IMG/VR virus record: IMGVR_UViG_3300036944_000550
Location: 1-64,000 of that record
DNA: 64,000 bases
Source: a virus
Strand: one strand, 5' to 3'
The notes below the pieces were generated by a model. It saw only the letters and a program-made list of their open reading frames with translations, was not told the DNA's origin and ran no database searches. The position numbers and the translations under genes are program-made. The stretch's first letter is position 1, and each line of letters begins with the position of its first letter. This document shows, piece by piece, positions 29,534 through 38,627 of the stretch.

Positions 29534-31225
29534 TTAGTATGTTCCACCGTCGATATTACCGAACGAAGGAGCAGCGCCTGAACCACCAGATAGAAGAACT
29601 TGACCAGCAGTTCCCGCAGCAGTAACACCGAGCGCATCAGTACCATTACCGAACATAACACCGTTAGCAGTAAACGTTGCCGCACCAGTACCACCGTTTG
29701 GAACAGTGATTGCTGAAGCAAGCGACGAAATAGTTCCGCCTTCAAGGTTAGCAACAAGAGTAGCAATGGTATAACCAGTTGCCGCTGTGTTAACAGTTGT
29801 GGTTGGAGCAGCTTGTGAGTCCTTGAAGAGTCTCCACTTACCGTCCGAAGCATCGCGGAAGATACCTGAGTAAAGGTCTAGTGAACCGCTGGTATCATAC
29901 ATACCGAACAGACCGATGTCAACTGCGTCAGTTGTGCTATTGTCGTTACCAACGAATACGAGTGGATCGGTAACAGTTAGAGTTGTCGAGTTAACAGTAG
30001 TTGTCGTTCCCGAAACTGTAAGGTTACCAGCAACTGTTACGTTAGCACCCGAAAGTGTAAGAGCAGTTGTTCCACCAGATGACTTAATGTCGTTTCCTGT
30101 TACAGTCAGATCACCAGCAACAGCAACGTTTGCACCGTCAAGTGTTAGAGCAGTAGCAGAAGATGACTTGATGTCATTACCAGTTACGGTAAGATCGCCA
30201 GCAACAGCAACATCAGCACCAGCAAGTGTCAAAGCAGTAGCAGTAGAAGACTTAATGTCGTTTCCTGTTACTGTTAGGTCACCAGCAACCGAAACATCCG
30301 CACCCGAAAGAGTGATAGAAGTTGTTCCACCAGATGCCTTAATGTCGTTACCGCCAACTGTTAGGTCACCAACAAGGGTAACGTTATCAGTAAGAGCAAC
30401 AGTTACACCAGCATCTTCAGAACCTGAACCTGTGATAGTAACTTGGTTTGCAGTTCCAGCAACAGTAGCAACATAGTTACCAGTTGTGTCAGTTCCAAGA
30501 GCAACCGAGTTGGCAGCAATCGAGGCAACACCTGTTTCGCTGATTGTAATGTCACCAGAAACGGCAGCATAGATGTAATCGCCAATATCTTCAGCAGTAA
30601 TCTTCTTGTTTGTAGTTGCCGAAGCATCATAAACAAGGAATTCGTCCGCATCAGCAAGTGATGTCAGAGCAGTTGCGCCAGTGATATCAGCAACGATAGC
30701 AACTTGGTTGTCTGAAACTGTTGTCTTGACGCCAAGTGAACCAGCAAAAGTCAGAGTTCCACCAGTCGAGAAGGAATCCGTATTTGGCGTACCTTGGTTA
30801 TCGCTGATTGTGAACGAAGACGAAGCAGGTGACGAGAATGCGAGTTGACCTGAACCGTTTGTGGTAAGGATCTGACCGTTTGTACCGTCTGCGGTTGGAA
30901 GGATCAGAGTAAGGTCAGCGGCCAGTGTATCGGCTGCCTTTAGAGTTACTTTGTTGGAACCATTATTTGTTCCTTCAGCAAAGGTTGCTTTGCCACCAAC
31001 TGTTGTGGTTGCATCGATAAGACGAGCATCAACCTTGTCTGTGAAATACTTACCACCAACAGCATGAATTGCGGCAGAACCACCTTCTACTGATTCGATA
31101 TAAAGTTTTGCACTTGCGCCGCTATTGCTTGCGTCTTGTGCGTATGCCATTTCACCTTCTAGGAGGGCGGACGTTGCTGGAGCAGTTGCGCCTGAACTTC
31201 TTTTAATTTGAATAATTGTTGACAT
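29534..31225 (-). CDS. fibre protein with tandem ~28 aa repeats
   Basis: N-terminal IQIKRS..GEMAY module; four to five VAGDLTVTGNDIKSS..TALTL.GA repeats; ends IDGGTY. Confidence 0.75.
   Translation of the reverse strand: MSTIIQIKRSSGATAPATSALLEGEMAYAQDASNSGASAKLYIESVEGGSAAIHAVGGKYFTDKVDARLIDATTTVGGKATFAEGTNNGSNKVTLKAADTLAADLTLILPTADGTNGQILTTNGSGQLAFSSPASSSFTISDNQGTPNTDSFSTGGTLTFAGSLGVKTTVSDNQVAIVADITGATALTSLADADEFLVYDASATTNKKITAEDIGDYIYAAVSGDITISETGVASIAANSVALGTDTTGNYVATVAGTANQVTITGSGSEDAGVTVALTDNVTLVGDLTVGGNDIKASGGTTSITLSGADVSVAGDLTVTGNDIKSSTATALTLAGADVAVAGDLTVTGNDIKSSSATALTLDGANVAVAGDLTVTGNDIKSSGGTTALTLSGANVTVAGNLTVSGTTTTVNSTTLTVTDPLVFVGNDNSTTDAVDIGLFGMYDTSGSLDLYSGIFRDASDGKWRLFKDSQAAPTTTVNTAATGYTIATLVANLEGGTISSLASAITVPNGGTGAATFTANGVMFGNGTDALGVTAAGTAGQVLLSGGSGAAPSFGNIDGGTY
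30020..30375 (-). repeat. tandem 84-87 bp coding repeats (4-5 copies)
   Basis: Repeated GDLTV(T/G)GNDIK units in the protein, with recognisable DNA repeats. Confidence 0.75.
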
Positions 31226-31259
31226 TTAGACTATTCCTTTTTGGTTATTGTCTTTGTTT

Positions 31260-31475
31260 TTAATACGTCCCACCGTCTATATTATCTAAAACCACTTCAG
31301 ATGCAGGGTTAGCTGCCTCCCATTTGTTCGTAGCAGTATTGTAGATCAAAGTATATCCATCTTGAACACCTTCTAGATCTACATCCGCTAACGTCTCTAT
31401 TTTAGTTGATGTTCTTTTACTTACTATATTTGTATTTATAGTATTTGAAGTTCCTACTGTAACTTTTAGTGTCAT
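31260..31475 (-). CDS. small virion protein
   Basis: LADVD...LIYN...KWE motif; ends DNIDGGTY. Confidence 0.65.
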   Translation of the reverse strand: MTLKVTVGTSNTINTNIVSKRTSTKIETLADVDLEGVQDGYTLIYNTATNKWEAANPASEVVLDNIDGGTY

Positions 31476-31804
31476 TATTTTGTTACCTCTGGATTAATTA
31501 CAACGATTCCTTCTAGAACTCGTAGCGTTTCGCCATCGCCTGTAATTTCAATATCGTAAACATATCTTCCTGCCTTTATTGCTGAGGTTTGCACAGCAGT
31601 CATTGAAATAGTGACTTCACCATCTTCGGGTAAAGAAACTGCTGCAGTAAAATTAATAGCAGTATTAGTGTAATACGATCTGCGCATTTGTGCCGCTACA
31701 GTATAACCAGTAAGATCTTTTAGATCTCCGTTCTGATCATTTACTGCGAGGGACAAAGAAAAAGTTGTTCCTTGGTCAATAAAGATATTTTGAATTTGTG
31801 CCAT
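31475..31804 (-). CDS. virion structural protein (Ig-like/BppU-like adaptor)
   Basis: IDQGTTF..DLTGY..AQMR..GRYVYDIE..RVLEG pattern. Confidence 0.7.
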   Translation of the reverse strand: MAQIQNIFIDQGTTFSLSLAVNDQNGDLKDLTGYTVAAQMRRSYYTNTAINFTAAVSLPEDGEVTISMTAVQTSAIKAGRYVYDIEITGDGETLRVLEGIVVINPEVTK

Positions 31805-31831
31805 CGGAAACCCTTATAAATTATACGGGAA

Positions 31832-31839
31832 TATTTATA
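31832..31839 (-). promoter_or_regulatory. T4-type late promoter for the fibre cluster
   Basis: TATAAATA in the divergent intergenic region; a TATAAATT variant at 31815-31822 on + may drive the GT operon. Confidence 0.6.
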
Positions 31840-31854
31840 ACAACTGAGAATACT

Positions 31855-32532
31855 ATGCAAACGATTTTGATGATAAAATATGGTGAAAAATATTCTGCTG
31901 CAGACGTAAACAGAATAGTAAATGATACTGGTAGAAAATATAACTATGCGTGTATCACCGATGATCCAACAGACCTAGATCCATTAATAAAAGCAATTCC
32001 TATGCCTGAAGATATAGAGGGACATTGGATTAAAATATGGATGTATACTTTGGAGGAATTGGGTGATGTTCTTTACTTAGATCTTGATATCAGAATACAA
32101 AAAAACATTGATCATCTGTGGAATTCTATTGACAATTTTCCTACAATAGTATATACTTATTGGAAGGATAAAGAGTTTCCCGATTATGTTGGTGACACAC
32201 ATGGTATGCGTTTCTTAAGTAATTATAACTCAAGTGTTGTTATGTGGAGAGAAGGAACTGTTCAACATATTTGGGAACACTTCCAATCAGATCCTGATTA
32301 CTACATGGTTAAATACTTTGGTGATGATAGATTTTTGTGGCATGAAGATTTTAGATTTAATTACTTTCCAAAGGGTGAAATTTATTCTTTTGTTTATGGT
32401 GCAGATTATTATGGAATTGACGACCACAATGAATCTTTCTTCTATCGCCCAACTTATACGATAGCATTGTTAAATGGTTTAGATCAATTCCCTGGAGCAG
32501 AAAAAAAGTATGATGAACTTCGTATGCATTAA
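31855..32532 (+). CDS. glycosyltransferase-like protein (GT-A fold, GT8-like), copy 1
   Basis: KYGEKY..DVN, CITDD, YLDLD DxD motif, YNSSV, GDDRF. Confidence 0.75.
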   Translation: MQTILMIKYGEKYSAADVNRIVNDTGRKYNYACITDDPTDLDPLIKAIPMPEDIEGHWIKIWMYTLEELGDVLYLDLDIRIQKNIDHLWNSIDNFPTIVYTYWKDKEFPDYVGDTHGMRFLSNYNSSVVMWREGTVQHIWEHFQSDPDYYMVKYFGDDRFLWHEDFRFNYFPKGEIYSFVYGADYYGIDDHNESFFYRPTYTIALLNGLDQFPGAEKKYDELRMH

Positions 32533-33262
32533 GTGGGGTGATAAGTATCCTGCCAAGTATGTAAACAATTTGTATAACATGGTGAAGAAGAACTACGCCA
32601 ACCTGTTTACATTCACGTGTTATACGGATGACACCGATGGTTTAATTTGCGATACTGCACCAATACCTGACGATGGTATCCTGCATCCAAAATATTGGTT
32701 TGGTAAAGAAACATTCTGTTTCGATCGAGCAAAGTTCTCAGTATTTAATTCACACAACTGGTTAGGTTACGAAGGCAACTGGTGCTACTTTGATCTCGAT
32801 ATAGTAATCCAAGAAGATATAACCGATGTAATAGAACTTGCACAGAAACCTCGTATCATTCAATGCCGCTGGCAACCACAGTCTCAAAAACACGACAGAC
32901 TATTCATTGATATTCGCGGAACCTTTTACAACTCTAGTATGATGTTATGGCCTGGAAAATCTTGCGAACACATTTACAGTGATGCATTAGAGAATTCAGA
33001 ATCGATATTTAAGACTTTCTTCAAGGGAACTGATAACTATCATTACTGGCGACAGAGAGATTTCTGGAAAGATATTCCAAGCGGATGGGTATATTCTTGG
33101 AATAGGGGAAAGTACCATCCAGAAGATGTTGAGCGATTTAAGTTTCGTAAAGATGCAAAGATCTGCCTATTCAATACTGACAACGTCCCACACCCTTCAG
33201 CAAAAGAACAGATAGAATTATCTGAATGCGTAGATGAAAATATTATTAGGTTGTGGCAATGA
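32510..33262 (+). CDS. glycosyltransferase-like protein, copy 2
   Basis: CIKWGDKY..YVNNL, CYTDD, YFDLD, YNSSMMLW, GTDNY. Confidence 0.78.
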   Translation: MMNFVCIKWGDKYPAKYVNNLYNMVKKNYANLFTFTCYTDDTDGLICDTAPIPDDGILHPKYWFGKETFCFDRAKFSVFNSHNWLGYEGNWCYFDLDIVIQEDITDVIELAQKPRIIQCRWQPQSQKHDRLFIDIRGTFYNSSMMLWPGKSCEHIYSDALENSESIFKTFFKGTDNYHYWRQRDFWKDIPSGWVYSWNRGKYHPEDVERFKFRKDAKICLFNTDNVPHPSAKEQIELSECVDENIIRLWQ

Positions 33263-34077
33263 GAGTTAATTACGTCTGCTGTAAATGGGGAACAAAGTAT
33301 TCTGCTGAGTTTGTCAACCGTCTTTATCGAATGGCAAAGAAACACACCACCGAAGAATTCGAGTTTCACTTCTATTGCTATACAGATAATAGCGAAGGAT
33401 TCGAAGACGAGATTAAAGTCATCGACTTCCCAGACATCGCTGATATTCATCCCAAATATTGGTTCGGAAGCGAAGACTACAAATATGGTATGGCAAGGTG
33501 TTGGGACAGACCAAAAACCTTCATCTTCAATACGCATAATTTTGCAGAAGACAAACCGACTGGTAGATTTGTATTCTTCGATCTTGACGTTATCATTCAA
33601 AACGATTTAACGCCAATCATTACCTACGATCTAGACAACCCCACCAAGTTTCGATCTTGGTGGCAAGATCCTCGCCCAATGAAGTCACGCAACTTTAAAC
33701 TATCGCATGGTGCATATACGAATGGTAGTTGCATGGTTTGGTCAGATGATCAGACAGAATGTATATGGCAAGATGTTCTAGAGCACCAAGAACGAATCTG
33801 GTTTACATTTACAGATGGAACTGACAACTACCACAGTTGGCGGTGGGGCGACTTTAGTAATACCCCTCTGTGGAAACATTTCCCAAACACCTTTGCTTAC
33901 TCATACAATCGCGGTCGCGACTGGGATTCAGGGGATCTTGAAGTTGGTATATATAGAAAAGACTGTATTGTTTGTGTTTTTAATGTGGATCTACTTCCAT
34001 TCACAGACAATAGCAGAGGAAAAGTGAAACAGGAATCCTTGGTCGATCCTGATCTTTTAGAGCATTGGAATGTTTGA
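33259..34077 (+). CDS. glycosyltransferase-like protein, copy 3
   Basis: CCKWGTKY..FVNRL, CYTD, FFDLD, NGSCMVW, GTDNY. Confidence 0.78.
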   Translation: MRVNYVCCKWGTKYSAEFVNRLYRMAKKHTTEEFEFHFYCYTDNSEGFEDEIKVIDFPDIADIHPKYWFGSEDYKYGMARCWDRPKTFIFNTHNFAEDKPTGRFVFFDLDVIIQNDLTPIITYDLDNPTKFRSWWQDPRPMKSRNFKLSHGAYTNGSCMVWSDDQTECIWQDVLEHQERIWFTFTDGTDNYHSWRWGDFSNTPLWKHFPNTFAYSYNRGRDWDSGDLEVGIYRKDCIVCVFNVDLLPFTDNSRGKVKQESLVDPDLLEHWNV

Positions 34078-34760
34078 TGATTAGTATTTACACAGTGAAG
34101 TGGGGAACAAAATATAGTGTTGACCATGTTAATAAAATACTTGAGCAATGCAGAGAACACATAACAACTGATTTTGATTTTTACTGTTTGACTGAACATA
34201 CCATCGGTTTACATTCTGACGTTATCGTAATTCCTTTTCCAGAAGATAATTACTATGAAAAATGGTGGAATAAATTATACTTATTCGATAAGCAAGTTGT
34301 ATCTCAACGTGGAGAAAAACTATTTCTGGATCTTGATATAGTTATTCAAAACAATATCGATTGCATAGTAGACCATGACCCAGAAGATGGTTTGACATTT
34401 GTTCACACTCACTGGCACAACATGAAGAAAATGAAACGCGATACACAAGACATTCCTCGTGCATACACCGACCTAAATTCTAGTGTGTTAAGATGGAATG
34501 ATAGATTAGATACTGATAAGATTACCAAGTTTGTTACAGACTATCCCGACCAAATGTTTTTTCATTATCGAGGTCTTGATAATCTTTTCGGTCACCAGCG
34601 CGACCGCTTATTGAAAATTGATTTTTTTCCTGATGGTTGGGTGTATAGTTACAACTACGGATACATGTGGCCGATTGATACTAGAGAACAAGTTATCCGA
34701 ACCGAACCACTAATTTGCTTATATGACTCAATGGAAAGACCACAAGATGTTAAATTATAA
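34077..34760 (+). CDS. glycosyltransferase-like protein, copy 4
   Basis: VKWGTKY..HVNKI, WWNKL.LF, FLDLD, NSSVLRW, GLDN. Confidence 0.78.
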   Translation: MISIYTVKWGTKYSVDHVNKILEQCREHITTDFDFYCLTEHTIGLHSDVIVIPFPEDNYYEKWWNKLYLFDKQVVSQRGEKLFLDLDIVIQNNIDCIVDHDPEDGLTFVHTHWHNMKKMKRDTQDIPRAYTDLNSSVLRWNDRLDTDKITKFVTDYPDQMFFHYRGLDNLFGHQRDRLLKIDFFPDGWVYSYNYGYMWPIDTREQVIRTEPLICLYDSMERPQDVKL

Positions 34761-35403
34761 TTATTTGAATAACTATCGTTATTGGGGCGAAGGATTGGAT
34801 AAAATCAATCACGAACTGCCATGGAAACATGAAGACTTTCGTAAGTCTCTGAATCCGAATACTATGGATGCTGCTATTTGGTTAGTAGAAGAACTACTGA
34901 AAGTAGAAGATATCCCAGAAGAATTGAATATTACAATTTTGAATTCATGGTTAGGATTTCCTCTGCTACCGTTACTCTGCGAAAATTTAAATGTCAAGAA
35001 GATTAATTTGATTGATATTGATAAAGATGCGTTGGAACTATCAAAAGTATTCAATCGGTTTTATAGCGATAGTGGAATAGAACTAGACCATATCAACTGG
35101 GATGTTCCCTTTGCATATCATGACATCAATGCACTAGAAACTGATGTAGTAATTTCTATTGGGTGCGAGTCAATGTATCCGTTGAAGAAAATGACGACCG
35201 CAAACAAGGATTGTATCTTTGCTTGTCAGTCTTCAAATGTTTTTAGAGAGATGTATGGTATCAATTGTGTTCCATCGATCGAAGAGCATGTTGAGAATGT
35301 TGGAGTTACTGATGTTTTCTACGAGGGATCTATTAAGCAGTCATACTATAGTTGGGATGGCAAGGTCGAGTTTGACCGCTTCATGGTAATTGGAAAAAAG
35401 TAA
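34747..35403 (+). CDS. class I SAM-methyltransferase-like protein (degenerate Gly motif)
   Basis: ITILNSWLG, acidic LIDID strand, DVVISIGCESM, ACQS..FDRFMVIG. Confidence 0.55.
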   Translation: MLNYNYLNNYRYWGEGLDKINHELPWKHEDFRKSLNPNTMDAAIWLVEELLKVEDIPEELNITILNSWLGFPLLPLLCENLNVKKINLIDIDKDALELSKVFNRFYSDSGIELDHINWDVPFAYHDINALETDVVISIGCESMYPLKKMTTANKDCIFACQSSNVFREMYGINCVPSIEEHVENVGVTDVFYEGSIKQSYYSWDGKVEFDRFMVIGKK

Positions 35404-36003
35404 ATGATGCTTGGGACAAACACGGATATTAAAAAAATAACTGAGAATTGGATTCCAGAAAATTCTGTAGGTGCAGAAATCGGTATCTGGAGAGGTGATG
35501 CGTCAAAACAACTTTTGACAAAATGTAGTTATCTACATATGATAGATCCATATAATATCAGCGTATATGAAAATACTACTGATTGGTTGAATATGGGGTA
35601 CGAAAAAATATTAGAGAGATATTCTTCATTAGTAGGTTCGACAGACCCAGCAGATTTTCAAAAATTTTATGACGATCTCTATCTTGACGTTTGTGAACAA
35701 TTTAAAGATTTACCTGCAACTATCCATCGAATGACTTCTCGGGATTGGTTTTCTTCTTATACTGGAGAAAAATTGGACTGGATTTATATCGATGGTGATC
35801 ATAGTTATGAGGGTGTGATGGAAGATTTGGTATCTAGTCTTGATGTGGTAAAACAAAATGGATTAATTTTTGTTGATGATTATTCAATACATAATAGTTT
35901 ACATCCTGGAGTTAGAGCAGCAGTCAGAGATTTCTGCTATGAGAGAAAATTAAAATTCAAGAGATTATATCTCAATACGTGCATGATAGAATTGGGGACA
36001 TAA
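35404..36003 (+). CDS. class I SAM-dependent methyltransferase (Methyltransf_24-like)
   Basis: GAEIGIWRG, IDPY, DWIYIDGDHSYE, GLIFVDDY, GVRAAV. Confidence 0.85.
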   Translation: MMLGTNTDIKKITENWIPENSVGAEIGIWRGDASKQLLTKCSYLHMIDPYNISVYENTTDWLNMGYEKILERYSSLVGSTDPADFQKFYDDLYLDVCEQFKDLPATIHRMTSRDWFSSYTGEKLDWIYIDGDHSYEGVMEDLVSSLDVVKQNGLIFVDDYSIHNSLHPGVRAAVRDFCYERKLKFKRLYLNTCMIELGT

Positions 36004-36004
36004 T

Positions 36005-36742
36005 ATGGCAAGAGCAAGAGTCGTCGCACCACCACCACAAGATTATATTCCAGAACCTTTAGTATCAGCACCACCTCCTCCCGAGGAAGTGGTCGCGGAA
36101 GAATGGATCGATGGAAACTTCCAAGAAGAAATTATCGAAGTTGAGATTAATGAACCTTCCCAAGAAGAACTTGATAGGGAAAGAATCGCGCAAGAAAAAC
36201 ATGAAGAAATACAGAGACAAAAACTTGCAATAGAAGAAGAATCAAAAGTAGCAGCAGAAACAATTGCTAAAGCAAAAGAGATTCTAGAAAATCCGCCTGT
36301 CGTAATTGAGAAGGTAATCGAAACAGTAATCGAAACTGTTCATGTTACAGATCCGAAACTAGTTGAAGAATTACAAATCCTCAAAGAGGAAAATGAAAAA
36401 CTTGCCAGAGAAAATGCTGCAGCAGTAAGAGCAAAAGAAGAACAAATTTTAAAGGCGCGACAACAGGCAACTGAACAGCGCAGCAATCAACACATGGTTC
36501 AATTAAACATGACACCAAAAATTCCATCGTTAATTAGTAAAATTAAAACAGTATTTCGAAACCGTCGAATTAAGTCTGCTACTAATGTTGGAATTAAAAA
36601 CTATGAAACTGCAATCCTCGAGCGAGCAAGAATTGCAGTTCCTAAGTTGTTAGATGATATTGAAAAAATGCATGAGCAGTTGACTATTCTAGAAGATCTG
36701 CTCACAAAATATAGTGAGGTTAAGAGCACTCAGGAAAAGTGA
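36005..36742 (+). CDS. hypothetical protein, Pro-rich N-terminus plus coiled coil
   Basis: APPPQ/PPPPEE start and long E/K/Q heptads. Confidence 0.7.
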   Translation: MARARVVAPPPQDYIPEPLVSAPPPPEEVVAEEWIDGNFQEEIIEVEINEPSQEELDRERIAQEKHEEIQRQKLAIEEESKVAAETIAKAKEILENPPVVIEKVIETVIETVHVTDPKLVEELQILKEENEKLARENAAAVRAKEEQILKARQQATEQRSNQHMVQLNMTPKIPSLISKIKTVFRNRRIKSATNVGIKNYETAILERARIAVPKLLDDIEKMHEQLTILEDLLTKYSEVKSTQEK

Positions 36743-37407
36743 GAAGCGTCTTCACCTGAGATATCTTCAATCATTGACCGCCAGATTTCTAGATGCGGTA
36801 CAACATATCCTAGTGTCAATCTTTTAGCAGAGTTACCGCAGCAGTGGTATACAATTTTATTCGGATCGCTACGATCACCGAAATGACCAACCTTACATGA
36901 CCAACCGATAGGATCAACCATAGTTACGATTTCCTTTGTAACTGGATCCAAGTAGCGAAAGTATCCACCATTTTCTTCTGTATTGTAAGTAATCAGAATA
37001 TTATATCCTGATGCATTCCAATTGGTATGCCAACCCATGAAACCATTTTCGGGATAATAGGTAAACACCGCATTGTTTCTTGCACCAAGATAACTCATTA
37101 TCTCAGAATTCGTTGCTTGCTGTCTTCTACCATATTCGGTTGGAAACCATGTTTGTCCATGTGCCTGAGACATGTCAGTACACCATGCAACATCAGGGAA
37201 ACCAACATGTCGCTCACCTTTACTAACGATATGATTAAGATACTGTTCATCAGTAGCAGTTTCCATATTCAATCCACCTCGACGTATTTCTTGATGCCTT
37301 TCTGGACCCAGCACGAGATGTTGATCATTTTGAGCAAAGAACCATTCTGTGAATGGATCTAAAATATCACTTAGTTCTTTAGAAACTGAATTTGTAAATT
37401 GTAGCAT
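36730..37407 (-). CDS. 2OG-Fe(II) oxygenase-like (DSBH/cupin) protein
   Basis: YYPENGFMGWHTN, GGYFRY, distal YHC and KRLT arginine. Confidence 0.65.
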   Translation of the reverse strand: MLQFTNSVSKELSDILDPFTEWFFAQNDQHLVLGPERHQEIRRGGLNMETATDEQYLNHIVSKGERHVGFPDVAWCTDMSQAHGQTWFPTEYGRRQQATNSEIMSYLGARNNAVFTYYPENGFMGWHTNWNASGYNILITYNTEENGGYFRYLDPVTKEIVTMVDPIGWSCKVGHFGDRSDPNKIVYHCCGNSAKRLTLGYVVPHLEIWRSMIEDISGEDASHFS

Positions 37408-37417
37408 GTGTGTCCTG

Positions 37418-38116
37418 TTAATCTAATAAAGAATGTGGAATTGTATAATGATAAATCACTACTGGTCGACCCTGCAATTCTTCTTGTTTATATCCGGAAA
37501 CAAAGTTCCATCTGGCATCTGGATCAGGGAATCTGGCAGTTTTAACGCCAAAGTCGAAATGATTTAGGAGTCTCCACATTGTGAATGTGTCCCACTGCAA
37601 TGCTGATTTGGGATAATGTTTACGATCCCATCCTGGTTTATTCTGTTCCCAGTACTCGTCATACCATGCACGCATGAGTTTCAATGTTTGTTCATTGTTT
37701 CGGTAGATAAACAATCCACAGTGCTCAGTCATTTCTTCTGTGTCAGATAACTTAGTCAGTGCTGCGTTATACGGGCGATTAGCAGTAAAGAGGATATCTA
37801 CATCTTTGGGGATTTGATCAAAGATCTTTTGGATGTCTTCATGCTCAACTTCCATGTCACAATCCATGTAGGTTGTTAAGTCATACGGAGTTTGATCAAG
37901 CGCCCAAAGTTTCGCTCGTTTATCTCTTGGGACATTCTCAGTTACAACTGTGTCAAAGATTTCATAATCATCTGGTTGAACCCATTCCTCATGCGTGAAG
38001 AATGTTATTTTTGCATCAGGATAGAAATCGCGTAGAGATATAGCGGAATTTCTCGCCGCTCTATAATAACCTTTTCTTACCGTTGCAACATAAAGGAAAC
38101 CATTATTCTGCATCAA
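37418..38116 (-). CDS. glycosyltransferase-like protein (GT-A fold), copy 5
   Basis: GFLYVAT, KLWAL..TPYD.T.YMDCD (DxD), HCGLFIY, ARWN, VIYHY. Confidence 0.7.
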   Translation of the reverse strand: MMQNNGFLYVATVRKGYYRAARNSAISLRDFYPDAKITFFTHEEWVQPDDYEIFDTVVTENVPRDKRAKLWALDQTPYDLTTYMDCDMEVEHEDIQKIFDQIPKDVDILFTANRPYNAALTKLSDTEEMTEHCGLFIYRNNEQTLKLMRAWYDEYWEQNKPGWDRKHYPKSALQWDTFTMWRLLNHFDFGVKTARFPDPDARWNFVSGYKQEELQGRPVVIYHYTIPHSLLD

Positions 38117-38558
38117 CTGCTTCTCGCACGATAGCAGTATTTGCTTCTTCCTGTTGTAGAAGAATTACCGTGTACGCAGTAACTTCCATAATGTTTTTTG
38201 CTTTGCGGATCTTAGATTTTAACTCGCGATTTTTCGAGGACTTGATTAGATCGATCTCAAATGCATCTAATTTAGCAGCGAACAGTTGCTCTTGCTGCAT
38301 ACGAGTCTTGTCAACCTTCTGGCGTTCAATGTTGTGCTTGATATGTTGATTGCGGTCATCAAATCGTTTCTTGGTATTCGCATCAATCTGCTCGACGCTA
38401 TACTTCTTCATCAATTCATCATAATCTCGATTAGTACCATCGTTCATAATTGATGCAGTTGCTCGTTTACCCGTATCGGAATAAACGAACTCCGCAATCA
38501 CATGTTGTTTTTCTTTGTTCGCCCAGTAAGGATTTTCAATAGTGCGTGTACTAGTCAT
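38103..38558 (-). CDS. hypothetical protein (possible fibre chaperone)
   Basis: 151 aa ORF with GGAG RBS right after the repeat proteins; N-terminal IENPYWAN. Confidence 0.7.
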   Translation of the reverse strand: MTSTRTIENPYWANKEKQHVIAEFVYSDTGKRATASIMNDGTNRDYDELMKKYSVEQIDANTKKRFDDRNQHIKHNIERQKVDKTRMQQEQLFAAKLDAFEIDLIKSSKNRELKSKIRKAKNIMEVTAYTVILLQQEEANTAIVREAVDAE

Positions 38559-38593
38559 TCAAATCTCCATTAAAAAATAAATTCTCAATATTA

Positions 38594-38622
38594 TATATAC
38601 GCGATTTTCATATAAAAGTCAA
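38594..38622 (-). promoter_or_regulatory. sigma70-type promoter
   Basis: CCTTGACTTTT -35 context as in the early promoters, N17, TATATA. Confidence 0.5.
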
Positions 38623-38627
38623 GGGTT

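Noticed and set aside
31855-38116. GT cluster as T4-style DNA glucosylation (agt/bgt)
   Set aside because: These have GT-A DxD motifs rather than the GT-B type, and no hydroxymethylase is in the window; not fully excluded without the rest of the genome
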